Source: an uncultured Bacilli bacterium (GTDB taxonomy: Bacteria > Bacillota_I > Bacilli_A > RF39 > UBA660). From it: 54,179 bases of DNA. Both the position numbers and the translations under genes were made by a program. The notes under the pieces were generated by a model. It saw nothing but the letters and a program-made list of their open reading frames with translations. It was not told where the DNA came from and searched no databases. The stretch is from the NCBI GenBank assembly GCA_947626855.1, contig CANQTT010000002.1:1-54179 (forward strand), written 5' to 3'. The first letter of the stretch is position 1; each line of letters starts with the position of its first letter. Shown one piece after another: positions 46,708 to 54,179 of this stretch.

Positions 46708-47796
46708 TCATTTTTTATTTTGAAGATCGATTATCACATATTCAGAAATCGTTCCTGTTTTAAATTGAATAGCCCAATCTCCAATTCCAGAGCTTACTAA
46801 AAAAGTTGTATTTTTTCTTTTTTGTAAACCATAATCATTGTCATTGATACCTAGTAAAACACTTAACTGACCAATTGGAAAGAATTGACCACCATGCGTA
46901 TGTCCGGATAGTACTAAATCCATCCCTGAACTGGCTTCTGCTTCATAATCTGTTGGCTCATGATCTAAAACAATTGTATATTTTTCAGAAGGAATAGATT
47001 GCATAAGTTCTTCCGCCTTTAACCGATCTTTCGTTTGGGCATCTTGTCGTCCTAATAAAACGATTTTATCAGAAAGTTCAACACTTTGATCCTCCAAAAT
47101 AACAACATGATTTTTAAGCAACTCTTCCCTTAACCGTTCATTGTCATAGCTTCGATATTGAAAATATCCTTTATCATGGTTACCATAAACAAAATAAACA
47201 CCATACTTTGTTTTTAACTTTCCTAAACCAAGACATCCTTTTTCCATATCTGTCAACGAAGTATCATCATCGACAAAGTCTCCCGTAACCACTACAATAT
47301 CTGGATTCGTACGGTTGATTTCTTCCATATAGGCAATAAAATCATCACCGTCCATAGTAGCACCAATATGACTATCTGTGATTTGGACAATTCGGAAGTT
47401 TTCAACACCAATATCTTTTGTAGCTTCTATTTTATAAGAAGTAGCCACTACATGATGTGCTAAAAAATAGCCATGGCCTAAATAAAGAAGCGTTACTACT
47501 AAAGAAAAAAGAAAGCTTATACTCTTATCTATTTTTTTTCTTGTAATTTTTTGTAGGACAAAAAGAAGGAAATCTCCTAACCATAGAAAGAGAAGAAAGA
47601 AAAGAAAAATAATAATTGCGTTGACCATATTTTTATATAGAAAGAGTATGAAAAGGAAAAAAGGAAAAACCGTAAATAACCAAGACATTCTTTTTCTTTC
47701 TATCCGATTAAAAGGAAAACTATTGTGAAGACGAATCACTAAATATCCCGTTAATCCTAAAAATAGAGAAAGAAGTAGAAGAAGAAAAGCAATCAC
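46708..47796 (-). CDS. membrane-bound metallophosphoesterase (YkuE-like)
   Basis: N-terminal TM helices, then QITDSHIG, VTGDFVDD, GNHD, GHTHGG motifs. GTG start after AGGTGA. Confidence 0.85.
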   Translation of the reverse strand: MIAFLLLLLSLFLGLTGYLVIRLHNSFPFNRIERKRMSWLFTVFPFFLFILFLYKNMVNAIIIFLFFLLFLWLGDFLLFVLQKITRKKIDKSISFLFSLVVTLLYLGHGYFLAHHVVATSYKIEATKDIGVENFRIVQITDSHIGATMDGDDFIAYMEEINRTNPDIVVVTGDFVDDDTSLTDMEKGCLGLGKLKTKYGVYFVYGNHDKGYFQYRSYDNERLREELLKNHVVILEDQSVELSDKIVLLGRQDAQTKDRLKAEELMQSIPSEKYTIVLDHEPTDYEAEASSGMDLVLSGHTHGGQFFPIGQLSVLLGINDNDYGLQKRKNTTFLVSSGIGDWAIQFKTGTISEYVIIDLQNKK

Positions 47797-47832
47797 ACTA
47801 TCACCTGAATTTCTTATATTTTTTTAAATATT

Positions 47833-49218
47833 TTAATATCCTTCTAAGCCGTTCACAACAACAGAAATATTAGGGTCATTTTCCTCATCCATCAAAAAGC
47901 TTATCAGAGAAGCACCGATGAAGCTTCCATCATACTTATCTCCTCTTTCCCATTCCTTGACTTTACCAGCAAATGTTTTTTCATAGTAATCCTTACTCAT
48001 CTTAGCGGTCACTGTTATCATATCATGAGTAATCTCTCCATTTTCGTCTTCATAGACCGAAGAAGAAATCGCCAAAACAATAGCTTCGTCAGGATGATCA
48101 TTCAAATATTTCTGCGTTTCTTGGGCAATATTTTTTACCTCCAAAATATATTCTTCGTATTCAGAAGGAGGAATAGAAGCATCTTCCAAAACGACTTGTG
48201 TTTCTAGAAAATAATTATCGGCAAGTTCATCTATTCTTTTATAAGCATCATAAAGTGGATAGGCATCTACAAAAACATACAAAATTTGAGAAGTATCTTC
48301 CTCAAATAAATTCTCAGTACTCAAAAAGCGATGATAAATAGCAATTTGATCCGCAAAATTTCTCATATCAATTGAAATCGTTTCTCCTGCTATTTCAACA
48401 ACAATAAATGCTTCTGAGAAAAAGAATGGATAATTCTTACTACTATCAAAATTTTGAAGCACTTTAAGAACTCGATCCTCTATGGATGAATAATCGACAT
48501 CATCCATATCTACAGTCAAATCTTCATTAAAATATTCCTCATCATATAAATACTCCTGAGCAAAAGTATAATAAGCACTTTGACTAAGAATGGTTCTTAA
48601 GCTAGCATCGTTTGTAAATAAATCAGTAAACGAAATCTCATTTCCTGTATTTAAATCAAAATTAAGATAAACTGTTTTTTGATCAGATTTTTTGTTATAA
48701 CCGTTTTCTATTAACTCATTAATATCATATATACAATCTGCCGAAGAAGAGATTTCAATAGATAAAACATTAGCATAACTAGATTCAATGTAAGCCTCTA
48801 CGTCAATGTAATCAAATTCACCATCTTCGAGTCTCTCTTTATGAATAGAGGAATAAACAGTATCTTTTATCTTTTGATTGATACTTTTCTGAATGCTTTT
48901 ATCTTTCAATCCTTCTATTTCATAATAACGAATTTCAATGGGATAGCGATCAATAGATTCTATTTTGTCTAACTGTTTTTCTTCTTTTAAAATAAAATGT
49001 AAATCATTTAACTGATATTTTTCATCTAAGGATTTAATGCCTAATCCATCAGATTTTATTACTTCTTTTTTATCTTCTCCAACAGAAGGGTCATTCCCTT
49101 TTTCTACTACTTTATGATTTCCTTTATTTACTATTGTAACTGCTAAAAAAGTCAATCCGATGGAAACAAGAGCAAAAACTATTAAAAATAGAATACTTTT
49201 TTTATTTGACTGGGACAT
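47833..49218 (-). CDS. membrane-anchored extracytoplasmic protein, RsiV-like (DUF4163/DUF3298-type) domains suspected
   Basis: Start ATG 49218 (MSQSNKKSILFLIVFALVSIGL), single TM. YPIEIRYYEIEGLKDKSIQKSINQKIKDTVY resembles the DUF4163 pattern. Confidence 0.45.
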   Translation of the reverse strand: MSQSNKKSILFLIVFALVSIGLTFLAVTIVNKGNHKVVEKGNDPSVGEDKKEVIKSDGLGIKSLDEKYQLNDLHFILKEEKQLDKIESIDRYPIEIRYYEIEGLKDKSIQKSINQKIKDTVYSSIHKERLEDGEFDYIDVEAYIESSYANVLSIEISSSADCIYDINELIENGYNKKSDQKTVYLNFDLNTGNEISFTDLFTNDASLRTILSQSAYYTFAQEYLYDEEYFNEDLTVDMDDVDYSSIEDRVLKVLQNFDSSKNYPFFFSEAFIVVEIAGETISIDMRNFADQIAIYHRFLSTENLFEEDTSQILYVFVDAYPLYDAYKRIDELADNYFLETQVVLEDASIPPSEYEEYILEVKNIAQETQKYLNDHPDEAIVLAISSSVYEDENGEITHDMITVTAKMSKDYYEKTFAGKVKEWERGDKYDGSFIGASLISFLMDEENDPNISVVVNGLEGY

Positions 49219-50122
49219 AACCGGCTCCCTTCGCTGTCTCCTGACCTCTATCAGAGAGCATAGCATCTACTAATTTTCGAGTTTTGCTATCCTTTGGTTC
49301 ATCTTTTCGGATAACAATATAATAAGCTGTTTGAATAGGATAACTTCCATTTTGAATGGTTTCATTCGTTGGTTCCACTCCATTGATAGCCAATAGATGA
49401 ATGCCGTTTGCGACATCAGCATCAATGTTTTGAAACATAGTAGTAGCATAATAATAGTAAGAATAACCAATAGAATGAATACCATTGTCATAATCTGATA
49501 CTAAGTTAATAATTTCAGACATTAAATCAGCGATATCTTCCTTAATTGGTTCTTTCATTTTTAAACCTTTCATAACTAAAGATAACATCCCTGTTTGACT
49601 TCCAGAATTGACTGGTCTTTGAAAAGCACGAATAGAAGCATCCTCTCCTCCTACTTCTTTCCAATTTGTAATCTCCCCCGTATATATTTTTTGAACTTGT
49701 TCTAGAGTAAGAGATTTTACAGGATTTTGACTATTCACATAGAATACAAATCCCTCCTTAACAACTGGAATAACTTCTAACTCCACTCCTTTTTCTTTTG
49801 CAAGAGCAAGTTCTTCTTCACTTGGCTCTGTTACAAGAAGCAAATCTACTTCATCATTAATCAGTCTTACATATCCAGGGTGCGTATTCGTATAATCTAA
49901 TTCTTCCTCTGAAACATCTTCTTTCCCTGTGAATTCTTTTAGAAAGGCAGTAGCAAGTGGTTGCGTCGCCAAAGAAGCATCTACTTTAGGATATTCAGAA
50001 TAATCAAAGTGAATTTTCTCCTCTTCTTTCTTTTTTTCATTATCTTTGGTGAAGTAAAAAAAGCCTCCTACACAAACCAATAAAATGACAATCATACCTA
50101 TCGTTATCATTTTTTTATTCAT
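49202..50122 (-). CDS. PstS-family (PBP-like 2) substrate-binding protein, orphan
   Basis: N-terminal anchor, ASLATQPLATAF, NSGSQTGML, IGYSYYYY. No pstCAB genes adjacent. Confidence 0.7.
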   Translation of the reverse strand: MNKKMITIGMIVILLVCVGGFFYFTKDNEKKKEEEKIHFDYSEYPKVDASLATQPLATAFLKEFTGKEDVSEEELDYTNTHPGYVRLINDEVDLLLVTEPSEEELALAKEKGVELEVIPVVKEGFVFYVNSQNPVKSLTLEQVQKIYTGEITNWKEVGGEDASIRAFQRPVNSGSQTGMLSLVMKGLKMKEPIKEDIADLMSEIINLVSDYDNGIHSIGYSYYYYATTMFQNIDADVANGIHLLAINGVEPTNETIQNGSYPIQTAYYIVIRKDEPKDSKTRKLVDAMLSDRGQETAKGAGYVPVK

Positions 50123-50197
50123 ATATAAACTCCTCTCTACTAGGTATCCTAGTATCTACCTCATTATACCATAAAAAGAAAAAAGAGAAAAAAGAAT

Positions 50198-51316
50198 TTA
50201 GGAAGAAATTGGTAAGTCAATCGTAAACGTCATAAATTGATCACTTGTAACGGAAATAGTTCCGCCATGAAGTTCCACGATTTCTTTAGCAATCGCAAGT
50301 CCTAATCCATTTCCTCCTGTTTTCGTATTTCTAGAAGTATCTACGCGATAAAATTTATCAAAAATCTTTTGGATTTTTTCCTTGGAAAGTTTCTTAGCTG
50401 AATTACGGATAACGACATGAGCCATATTATCTTTTAGAAATGCCTTTAAAACAATCGTATGATCAGTACTATAATAAATCGCATTTTTTATTAAATTCGC
50501 AAAAACACGAACTAATTGTGAAGGATCTGCTTCCAGTTCGATACGCTCTGGAAGTGAAAGCTTTACCTCTTTTTGATTTTCTTTTAAAAGAGGATAAAAT
50601 TCATCGACAAGTTGTTCCAACATTAAGGATAAGTCAATGGTTTCTTTTTCCAAGACAATAGTCTCCGAATTAAATCTAGCAATCTCAAATAATTCATTGA
50701 TCAAATCCTCTAGACGATAAGATTTCTCTAGAGCAATTCCTATATATTTTTCTCTTTGGTTAGAAGGTAAGTCAGGAGATTCTTCTAATAAAGATAGATA
50801 TCCAATCATGGAGGTTAAAGGCGTTTTCAAATCATGAGCAAGATAGACAATTAAATCATTTTTACGGTTTTCTGATTCACGTGCTAAACGCTCATTTTTT
50901 TCTGATTCCATTTTTAAATGATTCATCTTTTGTTGGAGATCCCGTAATTCTGGTGGAAGTTCAATGTACTCTACCTCTTTATTTAATAAATCTTTAGAGG
51001 CTTCTGAAATAGAAAACATATAGTAAGAGATCTTCCGTAACAAACGGTAAACAAGATAAAGAAACCCAATTAACCAAAGGATAAAGAAAAAAATAGCACA
51101 TGTCTTTTTATCCAAAATGAAAAAACGAAACAGTTTTGTCAAAAACTGATAGAGAGAAAAAGATCTCACATACAGCCAATTGAAATCCATATTTAAAACG
51201 ACATGTTCTAGAAAATAAAAAATAGCACAGAGAAAAAGTGTCCATAGAATTAATTTTAAAAAGAAAAGATAAAACGTTTTACGAAAAAACCAATTTTTAG
51301 AAGATTCATTTTTCAA
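50198..51316 (-). CDS. two-component sensor histidine kinase (VanS/OmpR-partner class)
   Basis: Two N-terminal TM helices. H-box LAHDLKTPLTSMIGYLSLL, N-box NLIKNAIYYS, G-box GGNGLGLAIAKEIVELHGG. Overlaps the regulator gene by 11 nt. Confidence 0.9.
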   Translation of the reverse strand: MKNESSKNWFFRKTFYLFFLKLILWTLFLCAIFYFLEHVVLNMDFNWLYVRSFSLYQFLTKLFRFFILDKKTCAIFFFILWLIGFLYLVYRLLRKISYYMFSISEASKDLLNKEVEYIELPPELRDLQQKMNHLKMESEKNERLARESENRKNDLIVYLAHDLKTPLTSMIGYLSLLEESPDLPSNQREKYIGIALEKSYRLEDLINELFEIARFNSETIVLEKETIDLSLMLEQLVDEFYPLLKENQKEVKLSLPERIELEADPSQLVRVFANLIKNAIYYSTDHTIVLKAFLKDNMAHVVIRNSAKKLSKEKIQKIFDKFYRVDTSRNTKTGGNGLGLAIAKEIVELHGGTISVTSDQFMTFTIDLPISS

Positions 51317-51998
51317 TTTTATACCCTACTCCCCATACTGTTTGAATATATTTTTGATGACGGTTATTCGTATCCTTCATCTTTTCCCGTAAATGGCGAA
51401 TATGAACCATAACGGTATTATTATCTTTCTCGTAATACTTTTCTTTCCAAACATCAAAAAATAACTCATCTGTTCGAACTACTTTTCCCCTATTTTTGCA
51501 AAGAGTCCAAAGAATTTCAAATTCGATTGGTGTCAAATCAACCTTTTCATCATGAAAGAAGAATTCATGTGTCTCATAATTCATAACAATCTCTCGAAAA
51601 TCTATGATATTTTCATCTTCCTGATTCTGTTTATTATATTCTTTATAGCGGCGTAATTGAGCTTTGACTCGTGCTACTAATTCTAGTGGTTGAAAAGGTT
51701 TTGTAAGATAATCATCAGCCCCTAACATTAATCCTCGAATCTTATCCATTTCCTCTATCTTAGCAGTTACAAAGATAATTGGAAAAGAATACTTTTCACG
51801 GATTTTTTGGCAAAGAGAAAAACCATCAATATCAGGCATCATAACATCCAAAATCGCTAAATCAATAGATAGTGTATCTAAATCTTTTAATAAATCTTTC
51901 GCATGACTATATTTATAGACATGATAGGATTCATTTTGCAGATAGATTTCTATTAAATCGGCAATACTTGTCTCATCATCTATCACTAATATGTTCAT
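51306..51998 (-). CDS. OmpR/PhoB-family response regulator
   Basis: Receiver domain (DLAILDVMMPDIDG, KPF) and winged-helix output (TVWGVGYK). Confidence 0.92.
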   Translation of the reverse strand: MNILVIDDETSIADLIEIYLQNESYHVYKYSHAKDLLKDLDTLSIDLAILDVMMPDIDGFSLCQKIREKYSFPIIFVTAKIEEMDKIRGLMLGADDYLTKPFQPLELVARVKAQLRRYKEYNKQNQEDENIIDFREIVMNYETHEFFFHDEKVDLTPIEFEILWTLCKNRGKVVRTDELFFDVWKEKYYEKDNNTVMVHIRHLREKMKDTNNRHQKYIQTVWGVGYKIEK

Positions 51999-52037
51999 AG
52001 GACACCTTCTTTTCTAAAAACAGTATATCATAAATCA

Positions 52038-52850
52038 TTATGCTTTCGATACTTCCCATAAATTTTTAATTTGAGATTCCAATGTCTCATAATCCCACCA
52101 TTCTTGACTTCTTTTTCTACTGTTTGGATCATATACTTTTAATTTACCATCTTTTTCTCCCACTAGTATGATAAAATGACCGGTCGTTGTAAAATCGCCT
52201 GGTTTCATACTACAAATGACAACATGACCCTTGTTTAAAGCATCAAATACTTTTGATTCTGTCAAAGGAATTTCTTCACTTTGAAGTCCAAAATGTGTAG
52301 CACCTTCTAACATTAAATTCCAACTAGTTCCTGATCCCCTTACATAAAAATCGTTTTCTACTGCATATTGGGCAACCACATAAGGAGTTACTTTTTTATT
52401 TCCTGTTAAACCAATCACAGCCATAGATAATACGGTTGGACCACAACCATTTATCGCTAAGATAGTATCTCCATAAAAAGCATATCCCCAACGTTTATCC
52501 CACTGTAATAGAAAAGGAATTTCTCCTTCTTTTGCTTCCGTTACCTCCTCGCCGTAGACACGTCCTTTTTTGGTTGGATAATCGATGACGAAATCAATTG
52601 CTTCTTCCTCTGCCAATGCTAATTTTAATAATTCTTCAGGGTATTGTTCTGATTGCTTTACAATCTTACTAATTTTAGAATTTTTTTTACTTTCTTCTTC
52701 TAACTGCTTTAATAATCCATCTCTATTCTCTGTAGATTCATGGATTACGTAATTGGGCTGATAGGAATTCCAAATCCAAAAGATAGAAAAGAAACATAGG
52801 AGAAAAAGGCCAAGATAAATAAATTTTTTCTTCAATTTTCTTTTTTTCAT
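52038..52850 (-). CDS. membrane-anchored C39-like (papain-fold) cysteine peptidase domain protein
   Basis: N-terminal TM. NGCGPTVLSMAV (Cys), TTGHFIILVG (His), VYDPN (Asp). Confidence 0.65.
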   Translation of the reverse strand: MKKRKLKKKFIYLGLFLLCFFSIFWIWNSYQPNYVIHESTENRDGLLKQLEEESKKNSKISKIVKQSEQYPEELLKLALAEEEAIDFVIDYPTKKGRVYGEEVTEAKEGEIPFLLQWDKRWGYAFYGDTILAINGCGPTVLSMAVIGLTGNKKVTPYVVAQYAVENDFYVRGSGTSWNLMLEGATHFGLQSEEIPLTESKVFDALNKGHVVICSMKPGDFTTTGHFIILVGEKDGKLKVYDPNSRKRSQEWWDYETLESQIKNLWEVSKA

Positions 52851-52946
52851 AAAACTACTATCCTTTCTTTAGCAGTTCTATCATAGCAAAGAAAAAAAGG
52901 AGAAACTTTAAAGATTTCTTATAAAATTCTTAGGAATTTCTTAAGA

Positions 52947-52975
52947 TTAAAAAAATGGATTTTTTTAAATCCATT
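52947..52975 (-). terminator. rho-independent terminator after the MmcQ/YjbR-EVE gene
   Basis: AATGGATTT/AAATCCATT 9-bp stem, 4-nt loop, U-run on the minus strand. Confidence 0.55.
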
Positions 52976-54002
52976 ACAGTTTTTCCAATTGCATACTAGT
53001 CTTCTTCGATATTTTTCTAGGTCCTCTAATTGCTTTTATGCCTAATTCTTGCAATTTTGAAAAAGAAATTCGATTCTGTGGATAACTTTTTTCTAATCGC
53101 AGTTTCATCGCTTTACTCATAGAAATATTTTTATTTTTATATTCATAAGGAATGTTGACTTCTATCGCCAAACAGCGATAAAGAATAGAGGAATAAGGAA
53201 CGGCTACATAGATATGGACAATATCTCCAACCCGAACGTCACTGGATTGTTTCCAGAGAATTTCATCCTTTTGTTTAAAAGCCCCAATGATATCATAATA
53301 TTTAGGATTGGCAGGAACAATCCAAATTTCTTCTGAACACACTAATTGATAAGATTGATCGAGAAGCGAAAAAATTTCTTCATCAGAAATAGAATCATCT
53401 AAAATGACAGTTAACCAATTCTTTTTGTTCATGTGATATCCGGGATAAAATCCTTTTTGAAGAAGAAATTCTGGCATTTGTTCTTCTTCCACTTTGATAT
53501 CTAGAATCTCTACTTTACCACTCGTCTTATCAATTTTTGAACGATCTACATACATCATAATCCCATACCATTTTCCGTTTTTAGCATTACGAAAAACAGC
53601 TGAATCGGATACGTTTTCCCATAAAAATTCTGGTTCATTTCCATATTTTTTCATCAAATAATAGGCAATCCGATTCGCTTGTGGAGAGGAAAAATAACTT
53701 TCTATAAAACAATTTTGTTTTATCTCTTTTAAAATATCTTTATAAGCCTCTCGAACACTACTTACAAACTGGCCGATACTCTTTTCAAAACGAATCGCTG
53801 TGTATTCTTCCTCTGCTTGTAAATCAAATACTTTCCCAGATACTTCTCCTTTTGTGTCTACCCCTATTTGTGCTTCAAAAGCACCACCCAGGAATATTTT
53901 AGATAGAATATAACAATCCTTTTTCTTTTGAAATCCGTAACTTTCTAACTTTGAAAAATCAACAGTACTATTTTTAAAGATTTCTTTTTCGATATCCATC
54001 AT
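52974..54002 (-). CDS. three-module protein: unknown N-domain + MmcQ/YjbR domain + EVE/PUA-like domain
   Basis: YPGYHMNKKNWLTVILDD ... SYQLV (MmcQ/YjbR signature). C-terminal WIVPANPKYYDIIGAF ... VRVGDIVHIYV fits an EVE/ASCH-like pattern. Confidence 0.6.
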   Translation of the reverse strand: MMDIEKEIFKNSTVDFSKLESYGFQKKKDCYILSKIFLGGAFEAQIGVDTKGEVSGKVFDLQAEEEYTAIRFEKSIGQFVSSVREAYKDILKEIKQNCFIESYFSSPQANRIAYYLMKKYGNEPEFLWENVSDSAVFRNAKNGKWYGIMMYVDRSKIDKTSGKVEILDIKVEEEQMPEFLLQKGFYPGYHMNKKNWLTVILDDSISDEEIFSLLDQSYQLVCSEEIWIVPANPKYYDIIGAFKQKDEILWKQSSDVRVGDIVHIYVAVPYSSILYRCLAIEVNIPYEYKNKNISMSKAMKLRLEKSYPQNRISFSKLQELGIKAIRGPRKISKKTSMQLEKL

Positions 54003-54031
54003 TTTATCACCAACTTTCGCTAGTTACTTAA

Positions 54032-54060
54032 AGTTTATCAAACCTATTCTTCTTTTTCAA
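54032..54060 (-). promoter_or_regulatory. possible sigma-A promoter for the 52974..54002 gene
   Basis: Minus strand TTGAAA (54060-54055), 17 nt, TAAACT (54037-54032). Confidence 0.3.
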
Positions 54061-54145
54061 GGATTTTTCCCATTAAAAAAAAGACTGTCTATTTTTTTGA
54101 AATGAACTAGTCAACAAAAAGTAGACACAAAAAGAAAATTATATG

Positions 54146-54178
54146 AACCCTAATTCAGTTCTGTACTGAATTGGGGTT
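54146..54178. other. 14-bp inverted repeat at the window edge (possible terminator of a gene outside the window)
   Basis: AACCCTAATTCAGT-tctgt-ACTGAATTGGGGTT, with one G-U position. The window ends immediately after it, so the context cannot be resolved. Confidence 0.3.
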
Positions 54179-54179
54179 T

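Noticed and set aside
49270-49491. 73-aa minus-strand ORF inside the PstS-like gene; also ORFs 46508..46711 and 46541..46723
   Set aside because: These are alternative-frame or antisense overlaps with better-supported genes. They have no RBS and low-complexity products.
1-54179. CRISPR arrays, tRNA/rRNA genes, IS elements, integrases
   Set aside because: Inspection of the intergenic regions showed no regularly spaced repeats or cloverleaf-like sequences. None of the ORF products carry recombinase or transposase motifs. All sizeable gaps are explained by leaders, promoters, terminators or small ORFs.

Overview
AT-rich, low-GC Bacillota-type chromosome segment; gene content suggests an Erysipelotrichales/Clostridia-like organism, but this is not verified. 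All convincing genes are on the minus strand except two (5116..6066 and 46384..46638). No rRNA, tRNA, CRISPR array, integrase or transposase was recognised.

The conserved backbone has three parts. First, mrnC-rlmB-sigH ... secE-nusG-rplK-rplA-rplJ-rplL-ybxB-like methyltransferase-rpoB-rpoC at 6.9-21.7 kb. Second, rplS-lepB at 35.5-36.4 kb. Third, rpsU-yqeY at 39.4-40.1 kb.

Four less ordinary regions lie between these blocks:
1. A roughly 12 kb accessory block at 23.8-35.5 kb, between lepB and rbgA. It encodes a 2413-aa surface protein (cohesin-like and dockerin-like modules, Ig-like repeats, Zmp/M26-type HExxH protease), a leaderless R-S-E ADP-ribosyltransferase-like protein, a lipoprotein, and an acidic coiled-coil membrane protein.
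2. A roughly 1 kb insertion bounded by a perfect 24-bp direct repeat. It displaced the original 5' end of rbgA and carries a frameshifted HD-domain gene.
3. A compact bacteriocin locus at 40.18-43.17 kb. Its two double-glycine-leader peptides (46 and 56 aa) and its 53-aa candidate immunity peptide fall below the ORF-track cutoff. Its C39-peptidase ABC exporter has ACG where the start ATG is expected.
4. A ClpX-like AAA+ ATPase with a non-canonical N-terminal domain, next to an NrtR-like Nudix regulator.

Further small genes absent from the ORF track are secE (59 aa) and a Cse60-like peptide (54 aa). All functional calls come from motif recognition by eye; no database search was run.
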